From: Novakomyces olei
Taxonomy: Eukaryota
Assembly (NCBI GenBank): GCA_016906335.1
Contig: JADEYG010000003.1
Span: 620,001 to 684,000, forward strand
Direction: 5' to 3'
Length of the DNA: 64,000 bases
Each line of letters starts with the position of its first letter. Position 1 is the stretch's first letter. Under the pieces are notes generated by a model that was given only the letters and a program-made list of their open reading frames with translations, was not told the DNA's origin and did no database searches. This document shows positions 47,599 through 62,803 of the stretch, one piece after another. Both the position numbers and the translations under genes were made by a program.

Positions 47599-50500
47599 AT
47601 GAGCCTGCTCAGTCCAAGCAGATCCACATCGCCGGCCGTGCGCGGCGGCGCCAATGGACGCGAAATGGCGGCGCCACCTCGTCTGCCTTCTGAGTCTGGT
47701 AATTGGATAAAAGCGAGCGTGACTAATGCGATATGAGACTACATGAAGGATCCACGATTCAAGAAATACCAGGCTGGCGTTGATCGTGCGCTGGCCGCGT
47801 TTGAGAGCGTTGTTGAATGGGCGGACTATATAGCATTTCTGTCTAAACTGCTCAAGGCATTGCAAGCGTACCCTTCGATATCGGCAGTTCCCTCGAAGAA
47901 GGAGGTAGCGCTCAAGCTCTCGCGCTGTATGGCTCAATCTCTACCGTCGGGCGTACACCAAAAGGCTCTTGAAGTCTATTCGTATATTTTTTCGCTCATC
48001 GGTGTAAGTCTTTTCCTTGTATCTGCTGCCGCGCGTGAAATGCGGCCCTTACTGTGTTTATTTCGCGCTTCTACTCTGTCTTCAAAATGCTAATTTGTGG
48101 AAGAAGGATGGATTAGCCAGCGATATTTCGCTGTGGTTCCCGGGACTCGCCAGCTTTCTGGATTATGCGTCGCTCGTAGCCAAAGTAAGAATGAGCACGT
48201 TTCTCCAAATAGTCAGCTGACCAATTTAAAGCCGCAATATTTGACTCTGTTGGATACCTTTTTACCACCAGTCGGTACTGAGCTCAAACCGCAGTGCCGC
48301 TCGCTCATTCTCAGCTTGCTGCCCGGCATTGACGAAGAAAATGCCGACTATTTCGATCAAGCGTTAGAGCTGCTCGACAAAGTGCGAGAGGTTATCCGGG
48401 ACGAACCCTTTTTTTGGAACAATTTCTGGATTGTCGTGATCACAATGCCAGCTCAGCGTATGGGCTCGCTGATATACGTGTCCCGACGGCTCGATGTTAT
48501 GTCTTCGCAAGAGCAGACCGACTATGATTGCCTGGGGACTGACACAAACGTGTTTGTAAAAGCCATGTGTGCCGGGCTCTTGGACGATCAATTTTTAGTC
48601 CAGCGCGGGTTCCTAGACTGTGTTTTAACAAAGCTCCCGTTATCGAGTGCAGTTGTGCAAACCCGCCTGGCAAAAGAGACGCAAGAGTTCTTCCTAGTGT
48701 CAGCGTGTGGAGTGGTATTACGGAGAGACATGTCCTTGAACAGGCGGCTGTTTATGTGGCTGCTGGGGGCAAAAAGTGCAGAAGAGCTAGACTCGCCAAA
48801 AGCCGTTGACTACTTTAAAGCGTATGCAAAAGAGCCTTTGCTGGAAGGCCTAAAGGCAATGATCCAGTCCTTTAGTCCCGACGATACGTCAAAGCCCTTC
48901 AAGATACTGGTTGCCCTGATGGACCGGTTACAGATTAGCAATGAGCTATTACCAGACCTGATTGTGCCGGCGCTGCGATTTGCGTTTGAGGTTAAATACT
49001 CTGACCGGGAGGAGGCAGAGATAAGAGACGTGATGAAGAGTGCGTCGAGGTTTTTCGATTCCGTTGAGCCCTGGCTGATATGGGCCACTATTTTCCGGGT
49101 CACATTGGAGACGTACAGCAAGGACGAGATGTCCAACATCAGCTTTATCCAGTTTATCCTCGAGTCCTTTACCATCAACGACGAGGAGATGCTGCGGACG
49201 CATATCCCCAACGAAATACTCACCATACTGCTCCAGTCGGTGTCCTGTCGGCAGGCTCCGCTCCGAGAGAGTATGCTGCGAATCGCACTAAACTTGGCCT
49301 CCCGTATCCACCACTGGAACATTGACGCTCCCGACGGAGCCGGCAGCTGTTTGTCAAAAGACGCAGAGGCAGCAGAGGCAGTGTACGATCCAGAGGGCAT
49401 TATTGCCTCTCTGCAGGAGTACTATTCTGCCAGCAGCGGTACAGCAGCTGCAGCAGGCTTAGCAGGCTTAGCAGGCTCAGCAGAGGGTCCATTTACGAAA
49501 CCAGAGCTGTGCAATTTCTTGGCTCAGTCAGCGGCTGCTCAGCTGCGGGCAGTAATGAGTCGCTGGGAAACGACGAGGCTTGATTTCGAGGTTTTGTTTG
49601 CCATATTCGACCTTGTTCCTCACTCTCTCTGCTCTCTTGCACCGGGCATAACTGCCTTTTTCCGGCAGCAGCTGTCAGCGGCCGGGCAGCAGCGAAGGAA
49701 CTACCAGGAGCTCTCTGGCAGTGTACTGCTGCTGGAACGGGTGGCCGCTCTGGCTGCGCCTGAGCGGCACAGCCATGCCCGCTATATCCACGCCACAGTA
49801 GAGCAGATTATATCCTCGGATATTGTAGAATTGCTAGTGCACCAGTTTTGGATGATGTCGTTCCCGGCAAACGCAATCTGCCACACTGAAAGCGCCCGGC
49901 TGCTCTGGCGGCTGCAGCATATCCTCGGCGACCGCCGTATAGAGACCTGCATTTCGAGGTTTATTGTAGCCGGACTGCAGGGTGGAAGAAAAAGGCAGGA
50001 GAGGGAGGGAAAATTAAAGGAAAACGAAGAGAAGAAGGAGGAAAAGGAGAACAAAGACGAGGAAAAGGAGGAGGAAAAGGAGGAGGAAAAGGAGAGGGAA
50101 AAGGAGAGGGAAAAGGAGAGGGAAAAGGAAGAGGAAGAGGAAGAGGAGAATAATGAGGAGAATAATGAGGAAAATAATGAGGAGAATAATGAGAATAATA
50201 GCGAGGAGGACGTATCTGTAAGCCGTCAGCTGGTGTGCCAGACGGTACAGGCGCTGTGGGCCTCGTCTGCGCAAGAGGCGAGTTTTGAGCTGGTGTTTAC
50301 AAGGCCGCTGTTCCTCGTTCTCGATGCTGCTCTGGACGGCAAAGCAGCAGACCTATCATGGCTCGTTGAGAGCTGGCTGCGGTCACCAGCGGCTAATGCG
50401 CAGCAGCTGATCAAGACGGTACTGCTCTCTTTTTTTAGAGTGCCGTGCTACAGCACAGCAAGAGCAAGAGCCTCTGCCTCTGCCTCTGCCTCTGCCTCTA

Positions 50501-51987
50501 AAAGCTCTGAAGGCTCTAAAAGCTCTAAAAGCTCTGAAGGCTCTAAAAGCTCTAAAAGCTCTAAAAGCTCTAAAAGCTCTAAAAGCTCTAAAAGCTTTGA
50601 AAGCTTTTCAGACTTTTCTGCTGTTGCCTGTACGGCCGCTGACGATGTAGAGACGTGCGAGTACCTTTTACGCAAACTGCGGTACCTCGCCGAGTTCAAC
50701 AGCGGCAGTCTGACACGCCGAGTGCTCGACGATCTCGTTGTCGGCGCCAGTGGAGACGCGTACAGCGCTCTCCTTCGCGTCTCTGACAACGGCGATGTCT
50801 CCTACTATGGCGTAATGGCGAGTATTGCCCTTATGGCCTTGCAGCTGCAGTTTACAGGTCCACGAGGGGACACGGCAACAGCCGCTGCCCTTGCTGGCTT
50901 GCAGCTGCAGGCAGTAGCCGTCCTGAAATGCCTCGTGTCTGTTTCTTTTAGTGATTTTCTCTCTCGGCCAGTGCTCCGTGAGGCACTGGAGCAGCTGCTC
51001 TGCCAGAGCGTTCCTGCCGGGTGGAAGACGGCCGGCCTGCTCGACCTGTGGACCCATATTTTTGCTAGCGCCCGTAGCTGGAGGGCAGGTACAGGGTATA
51101 TAAAGGACGTAAAAGACGTAAAAGAAGTAGAAAAAGAAACAAAACAAGTAAAACAAACAAAAGAAAAAGAAATAAAAGCAGTGTGGCAGTTTTACAACAC
51201 CCGCTTTCTCGAGCTGTTGGCAAAAGGTATCCGGGAGAGCAGGCGGCCGGCAGAGGCAGATATGTGGCGGCAGACTGTGGCAGACATCGTCGTGGCTGCT
51301 CCTCTGGCAGAGAGCAGAGAGCTGCAAATTGCTCCGCTAATAGGCCTCGTGCAGTGCCTGGCAGATACAATCAGCCGTCTGCTGGCAGAGACGAAGCAGT
51401 GCTTTGAGGCACAGGAGCAGAGCAAGTTTGGCCCAGAGTGTATAATCTTGCACTTTGAGTCTCTGCAGCAGATTGTAAAACGGATCCTCTCTGTCACAAG
51501 GCACCATCACCAGAATCAGCACGGGAATCAGCACCAGAATCGGCAGCGACTGCCCTCTGCAGAGACAGGACTATTGCCGGCAGAGAGCAGCGACACTGGC
51601 AACAGCAGCAGCGGCTCCTTCCTCAGTATGGTCATGTCTGGCATGTTTGCTACAGACGCAAAGGCGGACGCTGAGAGGATCCGAGAGGCAGAGCCGGCAG
51701 TGCAGCTCGCCTGCTCAGAGAATGTACAGGTCTGTGTACGCCTTTGGACTTGGTCGCCCAACGTAAACGCTCTCGGCAGCGACCGTGGCAGTTTTACAGA
51801 GCAGAGCTGTGCCGAGCTGCAGTCTCGGCTCCGGTTCCATGCACGCCGAGCCATTGAGGCTATGAGGGGGTACGATGGGTTGGAGGTGGCCTCTGTCCTG
51901 CGGACTGTGCAGGCCCGACTCGCTTTGGCCAGCGAGTCGGCTATGGTCGACCAGCTGCTGCGTACACTTGCCGCCGACAGCCTGTGA
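47599..51987 (+). CDS. DOP1: Dopey/Dop1 family trafficking protein, about 1400 aa, 4 exons, apparently C-terminally short
   Basis: Dopey_N motifs EWADYIAFLSKLLKALQ, LPSGVHQKALEVY, LVQRGFLD and LRRDMSLNRRL. Introns 47699-47737, 48004-48103 and 48185-48231. Confidence 0.92.
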
Positions 51988-52000
51988 TGGGATATGGAGC

Positions 52001-52288
52001 CTTGGAAAGACTTGGAAAGACTTGGAAAGACTTGGAAAGACTTGAAAAGACTTGGAAAGACTTGAAAAGACTTGGAAAGACTTGAAAAGACTTGAAAAGA
52101 CTTGAAAAGACTTGAAAAGACTTGGAAAGACTTGAAAAGACTTGAAAAGACTTGAAAAGACTTGAAAAGACTTGAAAAGACTTGGAAAGACTTGAAAAGA
52201 CTTGAAAAGACTTGAAAAGACTTGAAAAGACTTGAAAAGACTTGGAAAGACTTGAAAAGACTTGAAAAGACTTGAAAAGACTTGGAAA
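52001..52288. repeat. 10-bp minisatellite (CTTG[A/G]AAAGA)n, about 28 units, decaying into GTCGACGAAAA/GTGACAAAAA units to about 52345
   Basis: Directly visible, starting 13 bp after the DOP1 stop codon. Confidence 0.97.
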
Positions 52289-52996
52289 GTTGATGAAAAG
52301 TCGACGAAAAGTCGACATAAAGTGACAAAAAGTGACGAAAAGTGATAATTACTGGCCAGAATTTGACAAAAGACACAGTCTGCAACCATTAAAATCTAGT
52401 GCTCTCATACTGGCAATGCGATAGACCGACAAAGAATAAAGGGCTGCCAGTACAAGAAATAAGGGATGCCAGTGAATCTTATCTAGACTTGTGTATTGAG
52501 AAAACAACGGCTTTCTTTTACCGACACGGTCAGACAAGCTTTTCGCAGGTTTAGCATCTTTTGGCGACTGTATATAGATAATCAATCACTCAGTATAGGT
52601 CCAACTCGAATCAATTAAACTGTCTGATTTTAATCAAATATTTATATTTATTTCCTATCAGGGTGATTTGGCCAAGTCATTGCCAGTTCGCTCTGACCAA
52701 TCTGATTAATTTATAAAATAATTACGACTAGACCTTTTTATAATAAAAATTCCTATTAAATAAAAATTCCTATTAAATCGGCTGCAACGATGCAAATATT
52801 CAGAATTCTATATACAGTTTGCTTTACCATTTGAGTTACCATTCGATCCAGAGTTACCATTCTATCCAGGTACGCGTTTGAATAGTAATTCTTACTATCG
52901 TGCTCCTAAGGTACGAATAGACATAAAAATATACGATACTGCTTTCCCATTTTAAACATAAGCACAGGTATCTAGAGGGTATCTGGTATCGGACCG

Positions 52997-55675
52997 TTAT
53001 GCGTCCAGAATATCGAAAAACCGCAGCCGCTGCTTATCTTCAGCGACCACTGCACCGGCAATTTCAAACCGGTTACGCTGCTTTACCAGGCTTTTGAAGC
53101 ACACGGTATCAGGCACAGTGCCAGTCTGCGTATGGCACTGTACCCCTATACATTGCAGGCCCGATATGAAGTCTGGCGCCGAGGATTCAGAGGCCGCTGT
53201 TGGAGCATTGCCATCAACGTCGATCTCGTCTCCTGGCTGATACTCCACAAAACCTGCAAAAATATGGGTCACAGGCACACTGGAGACGTAGGTGCTTGTA
53301 CCCTGTGAATAGACAAACAGAGCAGTCTCCCCGACCAAGTGCATTTGCTTCACAGACTGAGGAGTCTGCTCGATCTCTGCAATGCTAAACTTGACTGCTC
53401 GTAATCGCAGTTCAGCGCTGGCCAATTCTACGGCCACACATACAAGTGCTCCTATAGTTGACGGAGATTTGAGGAGGTACACAGCGTTAGTTTTGCCTTC
53501 AATTTCATAGACACCAGAGGCCCAAGCAAAAGAAGAGTCGCCGCCTTCAGCAGTGCCAGTATCATCCCGCTGCTCTAACACACGCAAAAGAGGACTGCAC
53601 CCGATCCGGCTCCAACTTCGTGTGAAGTCAAAAGCTGGAAACTGTTTAAGAAATGGGTATAATTCCTTTATTGTTGCCATAAAGGCTGTGATCTTGGGCT
53701 GGCGAACCGTGATGAGATGCAGTTGCGGTTCTGCTTCATAAAGCACTTGAGAGTCCCCATTGAAAAAGTTCCATAGATTGCTCTGCAGCATATTATGCTT
53801 AATATACGCGACAACATCGGGCAAATCTCTCTCCAAGTTTTTTGGTGGTAAAACCTCTGTGTCCCGCGACGCACTGAGATCCTCATAACCAAACTTGAGC
53901 CATGACATGAACCGTGTGTACTTGGCGTGCTCGATTGCAAGAGTGCTTAGGAAATTGTACAGTGTTTGAGACATTAGAACAGCAAGGTCGGTCAGACTAT
54001 TAATACGAGCCATATGCGTTTTATCGTTGTATCTGCATGATTAGAAAAGAGTCGATATTTATCTGAATTGCTGGAAAAAGTGTGGTAAAATGTAAATAGA
54101 CCGCGCTTAATAATTGAGCAAAATTAAAGTTATTAAAACCGAAATTATTATAAAGTGAAAACAATTAAAAATAATGAAAAATAAATTTAAAACTAAAATT
54201 ATTCAACATACGCTGCAAGCAAATCGCTCAACTTTGAGAGACAAAGAACAAGTCTGGAGAGTGCGGGTATCAAGTACTCAAAAACATCGCGACGCATAGC
54301 ATTATACGCAGTATTTGCCGATTTTTCCCACAATTTAAGTCCCTAAAAATAGAGTCAGAACGAAAATGTATATATAGGCAATTCCTACTCTATCGCCCAC
54401 TGCATTTACAAGCCATTGTTCCAAAGGAGCAGAGCAAATTCCACACAAAGCAAATTCAAGCATACACTTAACAGCAGAATTGCTGTCCTCGTTATCATGG
54501 CACTCGCGTTTGAGGGACGTGATGCGGGTATTGTGAGCTCTGAACAGCGACTGCCAAGTAACGACAAGATTACTGACTGCTTGATCAAGATAGAGTACGA
54601 GAGGTTCGATTTTAGAGCACACTTTGGCGATATAGTAGATAAACGGTTTACTCTCCTGGTCCAGGTCGAAGCGGTACCTCGCAATATGGAGCATGCAACC
54701 ATCTGATTCGAGCATCACGTGTGTCTCAAACGACTTGTCCGAGAGATGATCACACAACTACTAAAGTTAGGTCAAGCAAGAGTGGGCAATGGTCGCGTAC
54801 CTCGTAATCCAGCGACAATCGTCCAGCAAAAAGCGAGCCAAGCAGGCACAATTCAGCCTGATTTGAGCTTGCACAAAAGATAAATGAAATTTCCGCGATT
54901 GGCACATCGCGATCCACATCAGATAGGGCTTGTAATAAAGAAAAGACTTTTCCTCTGACAATTAGAGACTGTTAGGAGCAAAAAGTCTTTGAAATAATAA
55001 ACATAGAGTATACATAAAAATGGAATTTTTGATGAATCTCTAGTACGGCAAGTCGAATCGATTAGGGAAGAAGAGGGTCCATCAATCCAATTGAAGCCAA
55101 TTGGAACAGTAAAGCAGTGCAATAAAAACAAAAGCGATTAATCGAAACCTACGCGTTTGCAATCTGTGTCATGCCGGGAAGGATACTGGTTAGATCAGTT
55201 TTGAGAGACTCCTGCAGACGAAATTAGCCATGAAGAGACAGTAGACCAAATCATACATCTATGGTATTTGTGTCGACGGAAAGAGGTCCCTCCCACCGCA
55301 TATATGTTATAGCGCCCCGAGGACTATTCCCAGAGGCATATATTTCCGTGCCTTTACTAGCGTCTACTAGGCTCATTGTACCATTATCAAATCCCACACT
55401 GAGAAGAGCGCCTATGAATTTAGCAAATTGGATTTTTCTTTTTAATTTGCAAGTTTACCATCATATTTCCAGCAAATAGTCTGGGGCTTTCTTGTTCCAT
55501 TCGCGTCAGGCTCAAAGACAAGTTGCCATACACGCTGTCCATTGGCGCGATAAACTGCCACAGCTCCACTATGAAGGACTGAGGCAATTACATCCATTGA
55601 CGGGCACCATTGTGCGTCAATTATTGGCTCCGCAACAAGACGAACTGGTCCGACCGCGAAGCGATCTTTGAGCAT
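52997..55675 (-). CDS. APC4: Anaphase-promoting complex subunit 4 (Apc4/Cut20), multi-exon
   Basis: AQWCPSMDVIA, VYRANGQRVW, WKYDG, LEQWLVN, LIPALSR and RFMSWL motifs. Confidence 0.85.
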
Positions 55676-55699
55676 GAAGACGTGATTGCATACGCTTGC

Positions 55700-55782
55700 T
55701 ATTTATTTATTTATTTATATTTATTTATATTTATTTATATTTATTTATATTTATTTATATTTATTTATATTTATTTATATTT
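55700..55782. repeat. (ATTTATATTT)n AT-rich tandem repeat
   Basis: Visible upstream of APC4. Confidence 0.85.
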
Positions 55783-55894
55783 GTAGCATTGATTATAATA
55801 ATTTTTATCTTGGTCAAGTCGAGATTACTGCATCTGACTAGTATATAAACTCTAAATATGATTCTTGCTGAACAATTGGGATATTATTTTTGTC

Positions 55895-57659
55895 TTAGAG
55901 CATATACAGGAACCGCGGGCTATGGTCCCCAAGCTCTTCCAGTTCCGTGTCCGTAAGTGCTTCTAATTTTCCACTGCGAGCTCCACCAAGACGCCGTTTG
56001 TTCTTGTGTGCGAGCCACGCCCAAACAATGCCGTAAATAGCAAGAGCAAAAGCAATCAGTGCTAGAGTAACAGCGTGCCCCGTCACGTACCTTGGGCCCT
56101 GCCCACTTTTATACAAGAATGGAGCCATTACCCCACTGGCATTACCCAGGGTTAATTGTAGTCCTGTGGCAAAGGCCCGCTTCCCATAGCGTGGAAGGTT
56201 ACTTGGCAGCCAGGCTAAAGGCAGTCCGACGACCACGTATAGTCCAGCGGCCACGAAAAAGCACCCGAGGTAGTGAACACCCGGCGACGTATCAGAGAGC
56301 AAAAGAGCGTAACCAATAATGGACACAAGGCCAAAGGTAATTGCAAAAACGGCTCGGCGCTGGTACTTGTCACTGACGCGGGCAAATATCAGATAAACAA
56401 TAGCCCCCAAGACATAACAGGGGATAGTAAGCAGCTGCGTCTCCATCACGCTCCATTCCCCCATTTCACGGATTAATGTAGCGAGAAAAATGCTAAAAGA
56501 ATATAGCATAGTATCGACTCCAAACTGGGCCAGACAAAGAGCCCATACTTTCCAGTCCGTGGCCCCATCACGAACATCCCGCCAATGAAACTGTACAGCT
56601 GAATCCGTCATTCCGGGCTGCCGACGCCGACGGGCTCTCATTATATCCCGCTCTTGCGAAGAAAGTCGGCGAGCGGATTCTGGATCATCCGGAAGAACTA
56701 AGAATATTACGCCTCCAAGCAAGACAGTGGGGATACCCTCGAGAATATAGATCCAGCGCCAGCCACGCATACCACATTTACCGTCCATGAAGCCTATGCC
56801 ATAGGCTAAAAGGCCTCCAATAGCAGACGAAATAGCGGCACTGGTGAAAAGGTAGCCTACACGTAAGGCAATCTCTTTTTTAGTGTAGAAAATTGTGAAA
56901 TATGTGACCAGACATGGGAAGACAGGAGACTCCATTGCGCCCAAAAGTACGCGACAAGCTACGAGTCCACCGAAGTTTTGAACAAGGCCCGTTAGTGTGC
57001 AAACCAGGCCCCAGGCTATAGCGACAAGAGCAATGAATCTGGACGGGCGTAGTTTCTTCAGCAATAGATTAGAAGGAACCTCTAAGAGCTAAAGAGTTAG
57101 CATTGGAAATTATTTGAATGAAACGAAAGCAAACCTTTAACAAGCAAAACAGAATAGAATGAATCAATTGAATTGAATTGAATTAAACGAATTGGTCAAC
57201 CAAAAAACACACACACACACACGAATCAATAAAGCATGATTGAGTTAGTTAAAAAATGTTATTTTCAGCACTGGAAAAAAGGAGGAAGCTGTTACTCACA
57301 CAATAAGGAATAAACATGATGGCAACAGCAATTTGAAACTGTGACCCCGTGAGCCCTAAATCATCCTCCATCCCGTAAAGTCGAGCGTTCCCAATATTGA
57401 CTATGATTAATCGTTACTTCCCAATGGGCATACCTCTGTCTAAGAAGCTTAGTAAATACAAAAGCATTACAAGCGGTATAATCATCAAGTCCAATTTGCG
57501 TACTATTGCGTGTTCCTTTAAAAGCGTTTCTTCCGACACGAAGTCATTGCTTGCGTTCTCTGCGGTATCAGAATGGCGCGAGTCAATGCTTTTTTGAAGC
57601 TGCGAATCTTCACCAATTATATGTTTTCCCGGATCTGCTAATGCATTGTTTGCGTCCAT
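55895..57659 (-). CDS. MFS transporter, anion:cation symporter (Tna1/Dal5-like) family, 3 exons
   Basis: RKLDLMIIP..LYLLSFLDR|NIGNARL, EVPSNLLLKK, GMRGWRWIYILEG and GDHSPRFLY motifs. The substrate cannot be determined from sequence. Confidence 0.92.
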
Positions 57660-57996
57660 ATTACAGAAGACGCAAAGCCAATGGAGGCAAACCTGTTTTG
57701 CGTGATAACCTGCAAAAGACAAAATACTTATACGGGGTTCATGGCGATCTCTATTCGCTGCAAAGTGTTAATCATTTTAAGCTTTCAAATCACAATTTTG
57801 ATGGCAAGACGATACTTTTATTTAGTATTTTTACAATGCTTTGTGACTTGACGTGTCGCAAATGTGCAATGTCGTAAACTAGCGGGGTCAGAATTAAATT
57901 GTGGTTATTATGGACTGTTGAATACTATTGGTCAGACTTATCAAAACTTCTATAACTATTGCGTCAGGAAGCAATTATACACGACCCTTTTTGTTA

Positions 57997-58556
57997 TTAA
58001 CGCTTGAATTTATTACATTATTGCCAAAAGAATCACACATCCTTATTAGCTGAAAACAGTGGTACCGTTGACACCTTTTTCTGCAGAAAGTTAGATTTGG
58101 GAAATGCAGTAGTGAAAAGAAGATAAATGGACTTACAAGGGCTTTTGCAGTGACAGCTCAGACCACGCCTGCCTTCCTACAACGCAGTTTCGGACCTGAC
58201 CAGCTGTGCCCGTAGGTTACGGTGTACGTTTGCGATGGGCGCAACGAGTTGCTGGAACTGGAGATTGGCACAATTAGTATTTGGAAACTGGGTCTGAAAT
58301 TGTATGTCGCTGTATACTATGATAGTGATAGCATCGGCGAGCTGAACCCGAGATTTTAAATAAAATTGGGGAATGGCCAAAGGGTAAAAATTACACGCAG
58401 GGTTAGGGTTAGTCAGGTGATATGAAATTGTTGCGTGGAATCCAGCTTTGACTAGTGTTGGAAATAATTGAAATAAGTCTGAGGATTGCTACGAGTGTAC
58501 GGTTTACAAGACAGTCTAGTCTTCTTTTAACGCTTGAATTTATTACATTATTGCCA
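57997..58556. repeat. Pair of perfect 30-bp direct repeats (57997-58026 and 58527-58556) enclosing about 500 bp
   Basis: TTAACGCTTGAATTTATTACATTATTGCCA occurs at both positions and extends to 34 bp with one mismatch. Confidence 0.95.
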
Positions 58557-58625
58557 GAAGGATATAATGATAATCGATAAATAAAAAATGCAGTATGAAT
58601 AAAAAATGCAGTAATAATAAATAAA

Positions 58626-58657
<32 letters not shown>

Positions 58658-58680
58658 CATTCATTCATTTATCTGTAAAC

Positions 58681-61562
<2,882 letters not shown>

Positions 61563-61765
61563 GCGTTTGGCTCTATCGGTCGTGGTGAATATTTGTCGTC
61601 TATTTATCTGATTGGATACAATCCTTCAAAAATTCAAAAGAAAAGAAGCGATTATGTCTGTAGATTGGTTATTACAATCCAAGTATACTAAAATTCAAAT
61701 TATAAAAAATAAATAAATACATAATAAAGATACACAGAAAGCTTATCAAGCCGATTTTGAAAATA

Positions 61766-61778
61766 AACCCTAACCCTA
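61766..61778. promoter_or_regulatory. Telomere-type AACCCTAACCCTA motif in the RIX7-VPS20 divergent promoter
   Basis: Motif seen directly; function inferred. Confidence 0.45.
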
Positions 61779-61880
61779 GTTAATAATTGTATAATAAACG
61801 AAACCCAGTCAATCTGGCCAGGCGCGCCACTCACGTGCCATCTGGTACGGTGGACGGTTTGTAGTCCACTGCAGCCTTCG

Positions 61881-62533
61881 ATGGGGGCAACTGCGTCGCG
61901 GCAAGTGACGTCACACGATCGATGCGTGCTTGACATCAAGCTTCAACGGGATAAATTACGGCAGTATCAGAAACGGATACAAGTTGTATTGGACCGGGAA
62001 CGAGATATCGCACGGGACGCGTTGAAAGCTGGGAATGAGCGCAAAGCCCGCCGGGCTTTGCGTGCGCGAAGATTTCAAGAGCAGTTATTAATTAAAACGG
62101 ACGCGCAGCTTGAAACTTTAGAACAGCTTGTAAGCAGCATAGAGTTTGCGCTTATCGAGAAGGATGTTGTCTTTGGGCTGCGCCAAGGTAACCAAGTGCT
62201 CCGGGATTTACAACGAGAGATGTCTTTGAATAATGTGGAAAAATTAATGGATGAGACTGCTGAAGCGCAGGCATATCAAAAGGTAAGTTGGGCTTTTATG
62301 GAACCTATCTAAATCAAATCAAGGAGATTGATCAGACATTGCAGTCACAGATAACTGCCGAGGATGACGAGGCTATTGAGGCTGAACTGGCTGAATTGCA
62401 ACGGCAACAGGCGTCTGTGCCAGCGATGCCAAATGCGCCCGACCGGAAACCTGTAGTCAAGGAGCCTGAAGCTCAGGAGCCTGAAACTGTAGAGCAAAAT
62501 GAAGAGAGAGTGGCGGAGGCAGCTTATGCCTAA
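61881..62533 (+). CDS. VPS20: ESCRT-III subunit Vps20/CHMP6, 2 exons
   Basis: MGATAS myristoylation-type start, LDIKLQRDKLRQYQ, IEFALIEKDV..GL..GN and VEKLMDET motifs. Intron 62283-62323. Confidence 0.94.
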
Positions 62534-62803
62534 CAGGCGTGAGAGATCCGATAATTTGCTCTTGAAACCATTTAGGCGGGTTCTGGTAATAAAAGAGCAC
62601 CTTTTTAGGACTCTATCTGGTAAAATGTGGCTTGTCTATTGTAATGGACCATCACAAGCCCAATAATTACAATTCAGAGTTGTACAGATTTCTAGTCACC
62701 TATTTCAATGAATCAGATAATGGACGAATCAGCTGATTCGTCATGACATTATTGACATTATTTGGCAACACCAAATCATAAGCGCTGCAAAGAAATATCG
62801 TCG

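Noticed and set aside
51088..51181. A-rich DOP1 segment as an in-frame intron
   Set aside because: GT and CAG ends exist, but there is no branch-point motif or pyrimidine tract, so it is treated as coding.
52001..52288. Regular repeat array as a CRISPR array or telomere
   Set aside because: Head-to-tail 10-mers with no unique spacers, no cas genes, a eukaryotic context and genes on both sides. The same applies to the arrays at 3313, 4835 and 23480.
52349..52585. 78-aa - strand ORF with a hydrophobic stretch
   Set aside because: No ATG start or convincing upstream exon, and no recognisable family.
58250..58350. TPP riboswitch upstream of the transporter
   Set aside because: Lacks the CTGAGA and CTTGAT...GATAAT...GCGNAGG core.
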